The position numbers were made by a program, and so were the translations under genes. A DNA stretch of 63,992 nucleotides, counting the filler, from Fonticula-like sp. SCN 57-25 (taxonomy: Eukaryota): the NCBI GenBank assembly GCA_001724245.1. It is 8 parts of 8 records of this genome, joined end to end, with 100 filler letters (N's around TTAATTAATTAA, not from the genome) between each part and the next. Parts side by side here need not be neighbours in the genome. Positions count along the whole stretch, not along the records: positions 41,433 to 49,002 come from MEDX01000355.1; positions 49,103 to 56,643 come from MEDX01000356.1; positions 56,744 to 63,992 come from MEDX01000379.1; 5 more parts are not named here. One strand, given 5' to 3'. A model generated the notes under the pieces. The model did no database searches. It was given only the letters and a program-made list of their open reading frames with translations, and was not told where the DNA came from. This document shows positions 47,568 to 60,699 of this stretch, in pieces. How positions within the stretch are numbered: the stretch's first letter is position 1; each line of letters opens with the position of its first letter.

Positions 47568-49002
47568 TTATACAAGCATCATCTGAGCGCGGACTGGGCT
47601 CGCAATCAAATCGAGGCCGTCGTCCACGGACCGCGTCGTGCTGAGGCAAATGTCACTGACACTGCGCCTCAGCTCGTGCAGCTGGTCCGACGAGCGGCCG
47701 TAAAAGTTGCTCGCCTTGGTGTGGTGGTACTTTAATGAGACCTGCTCGGCCGCACGCGCGTCATCGTTGAGCTGGTTGTTGTCGTGGAACTCGAGGTTGC
47801 GCTGGATGGCGTGCTCGCGCAGCGCAAAGTACGCCGACGCGTACGAGTTGGCGCGCACATTCACGTCGTACGCTAGGAGGCGCAGGCACGCGCGCTCGAG
47901 CATGTTGACGTCGTCCGCGTCGACAAAGTCATGCAGACCGGCCGCCAGGCACGCGTCAGAGCTCCACACGGCCAGGTCGTCAATCACCTTGGCGGTCAAA
48001 ACAATGGACGCCAGCACCATACGGCGCCATGTCAGCGCATTAAAGGCAACGGGGCCGTGCGCCTCGCTGGTGCGGAGACGCTCGAGGTAGATAAGCATCA
48101 TGAGCGCTGGCCCGGCCTGCAGCTGCAATCAAACACGGGTCAGGAAAATTGCAAAAAGAAAATTCGTGTTTCGTACCTCTAGCACCTCGAAAAGGGGCGT
48201 CAAAAAGTCGACGATCTCGGTGGCCGTGGGCACCTCCAGGGGCCCACCGGCAACGACCGTCGGGTGAGTTGACTCGTCGAAAATCTCTATCGTCTTGTAC
48301 TTTGTTTCCGTGTCGGCCTCGGTCGCCAGGATGTGCGACAGCAGCAGGCTTCCAACACTGCCCTTTTGTTAGCAAATATAAAACAAGAAAGAGCGCGGCG
48401 CACCAGTTGAGCAGCGGCCGCAGGGCGAGGCTGGACATTGTCGTGTCCACAAAAATGTTCATCGTCGAGTTGTGCGTGCGGCTTCCCGAAAGTCGCGAGG
48501 CCGAGATCGCATTTCCGCGGGGCGACTGCGCAAGCATCATCGTTAGAGACAGCCCGCCAAAAAGGCCCAAAGCGTACTCTGAGAGCAACATCCGCGAGGC
48601 TCGACTGCGAGTTGAACGAAGCGAGACTCTTGCTGGACGAGAGGCTCTTGGCGAGGCTCGCCTGCGACGGATTCGAGGAGAGCGTCTTGAGGCTGCTCAC
48701 CCGCGAGGGGTTCAGCGAGTCCGTGCTAGGCAGCGAGGGGAGCGAGGCCTGGCTGACCGTCGGCTGCACTGTCAACGCGGCCAAAACGTCGACGTTAAAG
48801 TGGACGACCTCCGACACTGAAATGACAGAAATTTGCGGCTTCATCGGCTCGAGCTGTAGTGGTGGCGGCGGCGCGATCTGGCGGGTCTCACGTTAGCGCG
48901 CGAAACAGACAGAATCAAATATCGTACCTTGACAGTGACGCGCAGCGGCTCGGCGGCCACTTCCTGCACCTCCACCTCTGGCTCGATAACAGTATCATTC
49001 TC
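47568..49002 (-). CDS. CCNY: Cyclin Y-like protein (5' truncated)
   Basis: HNSTMNIFVDTT, IFDESTHP, LIYLERL, WRRMVLASIVLTAKVIDDLAVW, NMLER...YDVNV...YASAYFALR. Confidence 0.85.
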
Positions 49003-49102
49003 NNNNNNNNNNNNNNNNNNNNNNNNNNNNNNNNNNNNNNNNNNNNTTAATTAATTAANNNNNNNNNNNNNNNNNNNNNNNNNNNNNNNNNNNNNNNNNN
49101 NN
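49003..49102. other. Artificial contig spacer
   Basis: N44-TTAATTAATTAA-N44. Confidence 0.98.
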
Positions 49103-52100
49103 GAACAGCAGGCGGCCGTCGTCGCCGACGGGCATCTCAGCCGCCTTTTGCTGCTTCTGGCGACGCGGCTGCGTGGCTATTCAAAAAGGAATCGTCAGAT
49201 AAAAGTAGAAACAATGGGCGACTCGTACCGAGAAGGCGGCCGACGACATTGCTGTCAAGCAGGTCGACCGGCGCGGCATCGTCGTCGCTGTCCTGCTCCT
49301 TGATCCAGGTCCCTGTCTTGCCCTTCGGGGCGCTCTCGCGGGGCGGGGCCTCATCCTCGTCACTGTCGTTCTCGTCGGAAGCGACCGCCGCCTCGTACGA
49401 CTTGTGCGCATTCTTGGCGCTCGACTTGACGCTGACGGCGTCCATGTCGACGTCGTCCGTGGCGTCGGCCTTGCGGCGAGAGCGCTCGCGCTGCTTCTTG
49501 ATGTGCGTCAGCAGCTTGGCGTGCTCGGGGGGGACAAGGTCCTGCACGAGCTCGTAGCCGTAGCGCTTGGCGATGCGCTCCATAATGTGCCTTACCTTGA
49601 GCTTAAAGCGGTTGCGGTGCTCGTTGGCCCACAGCAGGATGGCCTCAATCTGCGCGCAGCGTCAGCAAAAGGGGGAAGCGAAAAGAGGGTCGCACAATGT
49701 CGGGGATGTGCGGGCCGAGGTGCTCCTGCGGAAGCGCGACAACGACGACCTTGACAAAGCCGAGCGACGCCTTGACGACCTCGCGGCTCTTTGACTGGAG
49801 CAGCAACAGGACCGACGGAAGAAGCATCTGCAGCGACTCGGGCGAGAGCGTGGCTATCGCAAGGATCGTTAGAATAGGTGCAAAAAACAGGCCATTTCGT
49901 ACCGCGCTGCTCGTAGACAAGGCGAGCGAGGGCCGAGACGGTGGCGCTCATCATGTGGGGCGTCTCGGCGGCGAGGCCCGCGAGGATCATGTTGAAAAAG
50001 TCCGTGGTCGATTCGAGGCTCTCCATGCGGAGCGCCCACTCGAGCAGGACGTCGAACGCGGCGTGGCGCGACTTTTCGTTCACCTCCTTGGTGCTCAGCA
50101 GCACCTCGGCGATGGCCATCGGCATGCGGACGATGAACTGGTCGTCGTCGAGCATGGAGGCGATGGCCTCGATGGTGTGCATGCGCTCCTTCTTGGCCGT
50201 GGCCGCCGAGGCCAGGTCCACGTTCATGAGCGACTCAAAGAGAGCGGGGGCGCCGCCGGGCAGGGCCGCCTCGTGCGACGTGACGAGCGCCTCGAGGCAC
50301 TTGTACGCGCGCTTCTGGACCATAGTGTCCGCGTCCTTGAGGTACGGCATGATGGTCTTGTACAGCATCATGGCGCCGTTGTTGTCCACGGACGGCGTCA
50401 TGGCCTCGACAAGCTCGAGGAGCGCAGCGCGGGTGGGCCCGTCCTGCGACTCGAGGATCTTCTTCATGACGCCCTTGTAGTAGCTGATCAGCAGAAGCGG
50501 CTCGGTCGCCGAGGCGTAGGCCTTGACGCCGTCGACATAGCAGCGACGCGACACGGGCGAGTCGGCCGCGGCGTGGGCGTTGAACAGCAGCGGCAAAAAG
50601 TTTTTGGCAAACGACGACATGATGGACTTTACGTGGAGCAGGTACTCGGGGTCAATGTCGCTGGTGAGATTCATGAGCGCGCGGCACACGTGCACGGAGG
50701 CCTCGGGGTCGCTGCTGATAGCGCGGCCCATCTCCTTGGCCACCATCTTGAAGCCGTCCGAGAGGTCGCTCGGCCGCGTGCAAAAGCCGGGGAGCAGGGC
50801 CCACACCTGCAGGGAGAGGACGCGGTACTGCATCGCCGCGGTCGCCTGGCCCTGCGCGTTCATGGTCACCGTGGCGCGCTCCAGCTCGGTGATGAGTGGG
50901 CCGAGCGACGTGGCAAACCACACGAGCGAGGAGCCCGCTGGGATAGCGTCGTGGATGAGGTGCAGCAGCCAGGGGCGGCTGACGGCGCCGGCCTGGATCT
51001 GCTCGGGCAGAATGTTGAGAGGGAGCAGGGTGAGCAGCGCCTCCGGGCCGATCTGGCGGCAGGCCTCCTTGATGACGCTCTCGGCGGCGTCGCGCAGCGT
51101 GGCGTCATTCGTGGCGCGGGCAAACTCGTCGATGCGGACGATGCACGGCGAGGCCAGCTTGGCCGAGCTCTCGCCAAGCGCCGAGAGCAGGTGCTTGAAG
51201 ATCTTGAACACCTGGCTCCAGTTGCTCTGCGTGCTGAACGAAAGGCCGGTCTGAACAAGCGCCTGGATGACGCGGTTCAGCGGGGCGCTGGGTGAAGCAA
51301 CAGCCGCCTGGACCGCCTCGGCGGTGATGGAGTCGGTCAGGTCCCTAAAGGCCGCCACGACGCCGTCGGCCACAGTGCTCACGTCGGTCGTGAGGTACTC
51401 GGCAAGCGCAGAGACAATGTCGGGCATCTTTTGCATGTAGAGAACGCTGTCGAGGTCGGCGAGCAACAGCGAAGCCGCCGCCGCGCACTTGAGCCACGGA
51501 ACAACAGAGTTGGTGTCATTCTTGTTGGGCTTGACCTGAAGAGTCACCTCCATCAGGCGCTTGGCATTAGACGCGCTGAACCGCGAGGCACTCTTGCAAA
51601 TGATGGCGAGCGATTCAAACACGTGGCGCACAAGGTTGGGCTGGCCGGAGCCAGCAACGTTGAAAAGCGCCATGGCGTGCTTCTCCTGCTGGGGAAGCTC
51701 GCCGAGAACCTTGGGGGCAAAGGTGACGACGTGGACCAGGCGCGCCTGTCCAGTCTTTGTCTGCGGGCTGTTGTTCTCAAGCTCGTGGAGAATAAACTTG
51801 CTCACAATCTTGCGCGCCATGAGCTGCGAGTCCTCCTGGGTGAGCAGCTGCTGAGTGATCTGCTGCGCCTTGTTGCGGATCTTGGGGCGGTGGTCAAGGG
51901 TGAAGGCGAGCAGCTGCTGGAACACAACGCCCGTCGATGAATGCGACCACGTCTCGCGCTCCTGCGCAACAAGAACAGAGCCGAGCAAGTCAAGCAGAGA
52001 ACGGGTGGCGCTCGTCGACTTTTGGCAGCGCGCGAGGCAGCTGAGAATAGCACTGCACGACTCGGCGAAACGCGCGCGCAGCACGGCAGCCGGGACTTTG

Positions 52101-52707
52101 GAAACAACGGTGGACAGCAGCAGAGCCGTAGCCGTGAGGGCTTCCATCTGATCGTCGTCGCCGCCGCGCGGGAGCTGCAGACGCTCGTCGTCATCCTCCT
52201 CCTCCTCGTCGCCATCCTCATCGTCGTAGGAAGCGCCGTTCCCTGCCGCCATCGAGCTCGCGGCCTCTTCGATCTGTCGCTCAAGAACATTGAAAAGAGC
52301 AGCATAGTACGCCGTCGGCGTGCGGGCCGTCTCCTTTTCGCTCAGCGTCTCTTCCACGGCGACAAGGACAGCGATGGCCTACACGGTGGGTCAGCAACGA
52401 CTGAGATTGATTCAGTAATACGCACCTGCTTGTGGCTCGCCATGCGCGAGTGCGCCAGACGACGAATGTTAATAAAGATATCCTCGTCGGTACCACCCAC
52501 AGCGCCGCCCTCGGCGATCTTCTGCTTGTCCTGGAGCTCCTTGTGCATGGAGATCAGCGCAGCCGTCGGCTGGAGCGCCTGGCTCACCGAGGTCCCGCGC
52601 TTCACATTCTGATCGCGTCCCTGGCCCTGCTTTCCTCCGCGTCCCTTTCCGCGAGTTGCACTGGTGCGACGAGAGAGCGAGCTCGCTCCGCCCGTGGACT
52701 TGGCCAT
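49103..52707 (-). CDS. RRP12: Ribosome biogenesis protein RRP12 (3' truncated)
   Basis: TPTAYYAAL, DHRPKIR, QVWALLPGFC, AKNFLPLLFN, QKRAYK, AGLAAETPHMMSA, SREVVKASLGFVKV. Confidence 0.93.
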
Positions 52708-53065
52708 TACCAAAGCCCGCCTCGCGCACAACGGTGACGACTTGACCGGAAATGCGCGTGGCCCGTAGCAAACTGCAAACTCATCCACGTGGACATGTTC
52801 ATCTCGCCTGTGATTGGCTGCGATTCTGCCATTGGTGGTGGGCTGCTTGTTTGCTTTGAAAGAACGCACCCACAGATTCGTACCCGGCCCGCCCCGACGG
52901 CCGTCAATCACGGACGCGAGGAAGACGGGCTGCTCTTTTTGGTGACCAGGTGAGCTGGTGACGGATTTGGCCCAGCGAGGCTTTTTTTTGGTTCATTTTT
53001 CTCTTCCGGTCTACGCGCCGCTTCGCTTTTTCTTTCGTTGATCATTCCACTGTGGTCGGTTGAGG

Positions 53066-56000
53066 ATGGAGGTGCCGGTGCCGGCCAACAGCGGGCGCTT
53101 CACGGCCTCCCGCATAGAAGGCAAAGAGGAGTTGTACAGCTTTTATTGCCAGGTTCGTTTTGCCTCGTACGCTGTTGGTATTTTTGAAACTCACAGTGAG
53201 ATGACAGGAATACCGTCCGTGGATTGAGCAAAAGATTGGCTATGAGCTTCCTTCCGGAGATCTCATCCACGAGCTGCAGAGCGGCGTGGTTCTTTGCGAG
53301 CTGATGACCGCGCTAAGGCCTGGTGCAATTACGCGAATCAAGAGCAGCGCGCCGCTCGAGAACGTGACCCGATTCCTGGAGGCCGCGCAACATGCCGGCG
53401 TGAAGGACAGCGACCTGTTTGCCCCGTCAGATCTGCTGCAGAAAGTCAACAAACTCAAGGTGGTGCAGTCGTTTGACGCGCTTCGTCAGCTTGCGCCCGA
53501 CTCGCAACCTGCCGGCGAGTCGCCGCACACCGTCGCCGGCAAGCGCGGCATGAAGAACCGCCGCCGCTCGATGGACCTCTTGCTCAGCGACTCGAGCACC
53601 GACTCGCTGCGGTCTGCCAAGGGTGGCCTATCGCTCTCAATGTCCTCTCTGCCCACCGAGGATGCTGATCTTGAAATTTTCGATACGCCCGTGATGGGCT
53701 CGCAGGAGTTTGCGCGCCGTTTCGAGGAGCACTCTTCCTCGCCATCCTCGCCGTCCACCACACGAGGCGGAATGCGGAGCCGCGGGTCCGTCTTGAGCCT
53801 TTTCTCTGCCCCTAGCGAGCCCGACTTGACGTCGGTGGGTGAGTCGTCTTCCTCCAAGGCGGCGAATGAGATTCCCTCCATCAACATTGTGCTGGAACCG
53901 GAGCTCGGTGCGTCGGATGAGCACCCTGTCACCGCCGTAGTGGAGGAGAAGCCGGCTGCGGTCGAGGCTCCGAAAGAGCCGTCCGCCGAGCCCGACGTCA
54001 AGCGGCAAGAGACGATGGTACCGGCGCCGCGTGAGGCAGAACCTGTTGCTGCGCCGGTCGCAGCCGAATCTGCCACACCCGAGTCGACGGCCGACGAGCA
54101 CCCCGCCCCGCTTGCGACCTCGGTGCCCGCCATTGATATCAAGCGCGTCCCTTTACCGGCGCCTCTGCCCATTGCGGCCAACGTCCCCCCGCCGCTCCCG
54201 ATCGCCACCGTTCCGCCTCCGATTGCCAGCATTTCCGGAACCGGTGTGGCTCCACGCCGAGGCTCGGCGGTGGTCCTCCAGCAGAAGAGTGTTTATCTGT
54301 CCCCGCTTTTGACGACGACCGACGAGAAGCAGGAGGATGCCCAAACCGAGCTCGATCTGCGTACCCCGCTCAGTGCGCACGTGCGTGCGGCCCTCGACAT
54401 GATCCCCGAGTCGCTCGGCGGGAGGGCCGGGCGCACCGACCTTTCCTCGTACTTTGTCGAGTTTGGCAGCACGACCGCCGAGGAGAAGCCCTCTTTGGAC
54501 TCGGAAGCGGATGCGCTGCAGGTTCCCACGCACGCGCGCGAGCCGTCGACTGCGTCGAACGCGTCCTCGTCTGACGGGTCGGACAGCGATGACTCGGAGG
54601 CCGAGGCGTACAATGCCCGCGTGCTGGCCCGCTCAAAGATTAATGTTAGCGAGACGTCGATTTCCTCAAAGAGCCGCGCCGCCGCCGTCGCCGCGTCCCT
54701 TGCGCCCGTCGAGATCCCCGCGCCGTCGCCTGACTTGTCGATACAGTCGAACCAATCCCCGCCAGGAAAGAGCGACCCCGGATGGCTGTCGGACCCGAGC
54801 AGCGCCAACATGGCCGACTTTTTCTCGTTCCCCGATCTTCCTTCGTCGTCCGTCGCGTCCGAGGGCACGCCCAACTCGAACCTCAACATTATTCGCGAGG
54901 ACAGCGTGTCGTCGTTCCCCGCGGCCGACGAGGACGAGGCTTCGCTGCTCGAGAACGAGCCGGAAGACACGATGCTCGAGTCGACGCGCAAGCTGAACGA
55001 GCTGCGCCTCAATGAAAACTTGACGCTGGACGAGATGATCGAGTACGAAAAGCTGCTCGCGCAGCGCGTTCGGAACGTGCACTTTGCCGAGCAGTGGAAC
55101 GCGCTGCTTTCTTTGCAGACGGCGATTTGCCAAGGCCACGTGCTTCCCGGCAAGTCGGCTCAGGCGATGGGCCGCGCGTGGGGCATGTCTGTGCCCACGT
55201 CGTACGCGCCGCCGGCCATCACGCGCCGCTTCAGCTCCCCGCGGCGTAGCGCGCTCAGCTCGACGTCGACGCCGAGCCCGCAGGGCAGCGGGATGAACCT
55301 CCTGGACCTGCTCGAGCAGCAGAACGAGCCCGAGTTCGATGGCACCAGCAGCCGCGGCGATTCAACGCCGCCGCCGCAGGTTACCTCGCACGAGCCGATG
55401 GTGGGCGCGCGCGTTCGCGCCGTGTGGGACTTTGCCGCAACCGCGCCGGACGAGCTGTCGCTGCAGCAGGACGACATTATTGTGGTGACCAAGGTCGAGA
55501 GCGATGGCTGGATGCAGGGCGAGTGCAACGGCAATGTGGGCTGGTTCCCAAGCAACTTTGTCGAGCGCATCGTGCGCCCCAGCCGCTCCAACTCGAGCTC
55601 GGTCGACGAGCAGATGCACGCCGGCTCGGCGGCTTCGAACCGCGCCCGCATGCTGATCAGCTCCTCGTCGGGCTCGATGGTGCAGCTCGCCACCGAGACG
55701 CGGTCGTGGTACCAAAAGTACAAGGAGGAGGAGCACAAGATCCGCGAGGTGGCCGAGATGCGCCGCGCCACGCAGCTGAGCGCGAGCGCGGGCACCGACA
55801 AGCCTCGCGCGCTCATCTGGAAGGACGACGTCGGGCCGCAGGTGGCCGGCTCCCTCTCGGAGCGCGACGTCCGCCGCCAGGAGGTGATCTACGAGCTCAT
55901 CATGACGGAGCGGGACTACGTCAAGGACCTCGACACCCTCCTCGAAGTGTACTATAGGCCGCTGCAGGCGCGCCGCATCATCAGCAGCAAGGACATTGCC

Positions 56001-56643
56001 GTGCTCTTTTCCAACGTTGACCAGCTCCTGACGATTAACCAGGAGCTGCTCCGGCTGATGGAGGAGCGCCGCGCGCGCGGTCCCATCATCGAGCAGGTCG
56101 GCGATATCATCAAGCGCTTGGTACGCTCCTTTTGCGGATTGGCCGATTTCCTTTTACTGATCTGCGCGCGCTAGGCCGACTACTTTAAGCTGTACACGCT
56201 GTACTGCAGCAACCACCCGTTTGCAATGATCAAGTACCAGAGCCTCAACGGCCGCCCGTTCCGCAAGTTCCTCGAGGACTGCTCGCGCCAGCCGCAGTGC
56301 CGCAACTTGGACCTCCCCGGCTTCCTTATCAAGCCCGTGCAGCGCATCTGCAAGTACCCTCTGCTCATCAAGGTACGACGCGCATATTTAGCCTTTGTCT
56401 CTGGTCGCTCACTGCTTGCCACAGGAATTGCTCAAGAACACGGATGAGAGCCATGTGGACTATGCGAATCTTGTTGGAGCGCAGGCCAAGCTCGAGACGG
56501 TTGTTGCGGTCGTGAATGAAAACTCGCGTCAGACCGAGGGCGTAAAGAACTCGATGGCCGTGCAGACCAAGTTCTTTGAGCGCCTCAACATTATCACGCC
56601 GACGCGCAAGCTTGTGCGCGAGGACCAGATGTACCAGGTTCCC
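53066..56643 (+). CDS. Dbl-family RhoGEF with CH, SH3 and DH(-PH) domains (3' truncated)
   Basis: LQSGVVLCEL...ENVTRFL (CH); AVWDF...DELSL...GWMQG...GWFPSNFVE (SH3); RQEVIYELIMTERDYVKDL, FLIKPVQRICKYPLL (DH). Confidence 0.9.
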
Positions 56644-56743
56644 NNNNNNNNNNNNNNNNNNNNNNNNNNNNNNNNNNNNNNNNNNNNTTAATTAATTAAN
56701 NNNNNNNNNNNNNNNNNNNNNNNNNNNNNNNNNNNNNNNNNNN
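56644..56743. other. Artificial contig spacer
   Basis: N44-TTAATTAATTAA-N44. Confidence 0.98.
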
Positions 56744-56983
56744 AAGCATTATTAGATAGCCCAGCTAACTCTTATGATGTTCCCTTGACGGCAGGCGAAT
56801 AAACGCCCGCCTGGTAAAGCTACAGCGCGTCGAGTACCGACCCCTCGTCCAGGTCGCCGGATCCCAAAATCCAGGGTAAAATCACCCCCAATTACACTGT
56901 TCGATTCCTATGTGACATTTCCCTTGTCTGCCAAGACACGTACGCAGCACGTACAACCAGAGCGCCAGCAGAGCGGAATCGCG

Positions 56984-57658
56984 ATGCAGGCCTCATCTGG
57001 CCGGGCACTGGCTCAGCTGAGTCGCCGCGGGCATGTTGCGTCTGCCGCCCTTTTGCAGCTGGCTGTCAGCGTGCTTTTTATGATATGGTCCGCGCGGCGG
57101 GCGGACCTCGCGTGGTACATGCCAGACGCGCCGTTCTGGTACGCGCTTCAGGTGCCTTTCGTGTTCGCCGGGCTGTTGGTCATCACCGCGAGCAGGCGAA
57201 AGCCGCGCAGTGCAGCCCGTCTCCAAACGCTGGTACGTTCGATATCGGTTTGCGGCTGCTTTGGGCTCACACTGCCGATGGACTAGTACCTGGTCGGGAC
57301 CATCCTGTCCGCCGTCACAGCAACGGTGCACCTGCTGTGGCTCCTGGAATCGTCCGACTCGAGGCGCTGGACGTGCCAAAATCCGCTCGTCACAACGACG
57401 TTTCTTGACAGTGCGTCCCTCCTATAGATTCCCTCCTTTCTCATGCCTTGGTTCGCAGTCGCCGCCTGCGTCGACATGTTGGCGATGTACCATGTGATCG
57501 CTCTGCGCGTCTTTGTCTTTATTATTGTCCAGTGTATAGCAATTCACCCCGCCGTCAGCTGCCTTATAGAGATGTGGCCGTATGTCGACTCGGGGCGGCC
57601 ATCATTTTCGCAATCGTCAGTCGAGCTCAACAAGTCGACCTCCAACATAAAGCCCTAA
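56984..57658 (+). CDS. Uncharacterised protein with about four TM helices
   Basis: Three exons joined by GTACGT...TAG and GTGCGT...CAG introns; four hydrophobic segments. Confidence 0.55.
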
Positions 57659-57772
57659 GCATTGGACGGCTCTTTGTACTATTAGCACGCATGCCTCGGC
57701 TCGCATTTTCACTGTGTATTATTGCATTTACATGGCTCTCGAATAAGAGTGCAACAAGGGAACTGCTCTAGC

Positions 57773-58841
57773 CTAAAACAAAAAGGGAATCAAAACGCTT
57801 CGCTTCTTGGGATAATCGCCCTTGAACTGCGCGACATAAAACTCGTGCGTCGACATTGCTCTGCCATCATGCGTCAGCCACAAAGATCAGACGCGAAAAA
57901 GCGCAGGCGTACCGTGGTGCCAGGTTGCAGAAGGAGTAAATGACGAATGAAAGGGCGGGCAGGTTCCACCCGGCGATCGTGAACCCGGTCCAGATCACAA
58001 TCTCGCTAAACATGTTGGCGGCCGACACGTACTCAAAGAGACCACCGCGCGGGATCTACCAAGAAACCATTAAACACATGACATAAGGAAAGAAGTGCGC
58101 ACCTTGTAGCGACCGACGTCACCGCTCTCTCCCGGCTTGCGAAGGTTGATGAGGATCGTGTCGGACTGGAATGTGAGCAGCTCGCCAATGATCATGATCA
58201 GCACGCCGACGATAAAACGCGGCTCCTCAAGCATCGACTCGGGGTATTTCTAAATAGGCAAGAGCAGAGTCAGCGAGAGAAAAAGGGAAGGGTGGGAGAC
58301 GTACGTGCGCGACGAGCAGCCACGACGACTGGAGGTAGCCGTTGATGGTGCAGTACGCAACGGCCAGCACAACGATGTAGAGCGGGACCGGCTTCGGGTT
58401 CCGGATCCTAAACGGGTAGATAAAGGAGCTGAGGGAGCAGCGTCAGATCACACTATGAGCCCACCGCAGCGCGCACCGGTTGATGTAGTGGAGAAAGAAG
58501 CCGCCGATGAGAATGAGGTTCGGCAGGCTGTTGCGCATCTCTTCGGTGGTGGTAAAGTAGCGGTAGACGCACCACAGCACGGGCGGCATCTCCTGGAAGC
58601 ACCACGCAAAGCGCGCCGGGATCGGAATGCCCTTGGCGTACTAGACGGTGCGCGGTCAGCGAAAGCCTGCGGCACCGGGATGACGTACCGCTACCTTGCC
58701 GTACGTCTGCACATTGAGCGCGATGAGAAGGAAAAGAACCGCAAACGCAGACACAATGAGCCAGACGGCAATATCGTTCAGGGACTCCTCCGTCGGGCCC
58801 GCCCGAAACCAGCCCAGAACAACGTCCGCCACCGCGAGCAT
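57773..58841 (-). CDS. Steroid 5-alpha-reductase family (SRD5A/DET2-like)
   Basis: YGK, AWCFQEMP, HYINRSFIYP, LINLRKPG, YKIPRGGLFEYVSAAN, YPKKRSVLIPFLF*; multi-exon, start approximate. Confidence 0.9.
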
Positions 58842-59063
58842 CCCCAACGACCGGCGGGAGCTGCGAGCTTTGGCGCCAAGCAAAAGTAAGATGACCACGT
58901 GGATCGATTTGCCTGGCCAATAAAAAGCGACCGAGCGGAGGCTGCGCATAGCAAAATACGCCGACGGCATTGCGTAGTATATTAACCACATACTAATAGA
59001 GTACAGTACAACGGGGGTAAAAAAGCAAGTTGCATTGAGATATAAGAGCAGCTGAATTGAAGC

Positions 59064-60329
59064 TTATTCCTGAACTTGGGGCTGCCGCCTGCGTCGCCGC
59101 GGCGGGGCGGCCACCTCGAGCGGATCGCTGATGGGTAGCAGGGTGCAAAAGAAAGCCCACACCATTCCCTTGACGGTTTCCAGCATGGGCGCCGGCGGCG
59201 GGTCGTCGTCGTCCTCGCCGTCCTCCGCCTCCTCCTCCTCGGCGCCCTCAGCGGGCGGAGCAGGTGCGTTCTCGGGCGCGGCGGGCCGTTCTAAAAAAAT
59301 GGTCAGTCGGGGATGATCGCGATCGCGGCGCGGCGTACGGTTATTGTTGGCGGGACCGGCTGCGCGCACGAGGCCGCCAATGTAGCCGCCGTTGAAAAGG
59401 AAAAACACAAACGAAATGACAAAGTACAGAATCTTTTTGTAGACCGGCGCGTGCTGCGCAAACATGAGCATGATGACGAGCGACCGCACTGCCGACCACA
59501 GGATGAACCAAAGCACTGACCGGTTCCCTTTGTAGAAATTTGAGCAAATGACAGTGAAAAAAGAAGGAGGCGCACTATTAAGATCCTCGGGTGCGGCGGC
59601 ATCTTGCGCGCGCGCCTGCGCGGGTACGGGTGCCGGAGCAGGGGCCGCGGCGGGAGCCGGAGCCGGCGTTTCCACGCGAACGTGCTCGAAAAAGCCGGAA
59701 GCAGCCGCGCTCGAACCAGACGCAACAGACGGCAACGGGCTCGCGTGCGGCACCGGCAACGACGACGGCAGGACGTATGGAACGCCACTGTGGAATGAGT
59801 CAGAGAAATATCCTTCAAGCTTTTGCGCGTACTTTACAAGGACGCAGGGAACGACAACGACGCGGCTCTGGCCACTGCCCGGCAGCGAAGACAGGGTGGA
59901 TTGCGGAGATGCCGTGCTTGCAGCAGGCGCAAACGGCGTCGCGGTGCGCGGCGGTTCCTCCGGCGCAAGGCTGCTCACCGACGCAACGCGCGACATCGAC
60001 CTCGATGCCGGCGTTGACGTGGATGACCGCGAAGGCGTCCCGCCGTCCCCGGTAATGAGAAGGCGCACCGTCGGCACCTGGACAGAGTCCGAGCAGTGGA
60101 TGAAAACCTCGCGCAGCGGACGAAGGTCCTCAAGCACGCTGCCGCCAAAAATGAGCTTTTGCGATTCCATGGCCGGATGCCGCGGATGCATAAAGAGAAC
60201 GCGCTCCTTCAACTCGCGCACGCGCGCATTATAGGGCAGCGTTATAGCCGTTCCCTCGTCGCCGTCGTCGACAGAACGCACAACAACAGTCACAGTCATC
60301 GACCGAGGCGCCTGCTCCGTCGCCGACAT
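59064..60329 (-). CDS. HERPUD/Usa1-like ubiquitin-like-domain ER membrane protein
   Basis: VRELKERV...HPAMESQKLIFGGSVLED UBL, two TM segments, C-terminal VWAFFCTLLP. Confidence 0.75.
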   Translation of the reverse strand: MSATEQAPRSMTVTVVVRSVDDGDEGTAITLPYNARVRELKERVLFMHPRHPAMESQKLIFGGSVLEDLRPLREVFIHCSDSVQVPTVRLLITGDGGTPSRSSTSTPASRSMSRVASVSSLAPEEPPRTATPFAPAASTASPQSTLSSLPGSGQSRVVVVPCVLVKYAQKLEGYFSDSFHSGVPYVLPSSLPVPHASPLPSVASGSSAAASGFFEHVRVETPAPAPAAAPAPAPVPAQARAQDAAAPEDLNSAPPSFFTVICSNFYKGNRSVLWFILWSAVRSLVIMLMFAQHAPVYKKILYFVISFVFFLFNGGYIGGLVRAAGPANNNRTPRRDRDHPRLTIFLERPAAPENAPAPPAEGAEEEEAEDGEDDDDPPPAPMLETVKGMVWAFFCTLLPISDPLEVAAPPRRRRRQPQVQE

Positions 60330-60699
60330 GGCCGCTGTCGTCAGCGTTCCAGCCAAAAGAAAGTGGGTCAGCGGACGCTGGCGCGCTCTGATTGGTCAAC
60401 AGGAGGAAGCCGATGCTAAGTTTGCAGTTTGCTGTTTAGAGAAGTGTTGAAGCATCCCCTGCCGCGATACTGGCATCATTCTTGAAACGAATGCAATTCG
60501 TATGCAGCTGTGTGGTTTCGATGTATGAATAGCTATCAACAGTGTATCGTATGCGTGAGTGAGCAGGCGCACGCCAAACACACGCTACAGCAAACAACTA
60601 AGTATGCTCAAATCGTCTCTGACAGTGGCTTCATGTAAATTGGGAATATGACAAAAATCACTACCGTCTCAAATCGTGTGTCTGCAGTGTGACGGGCAG

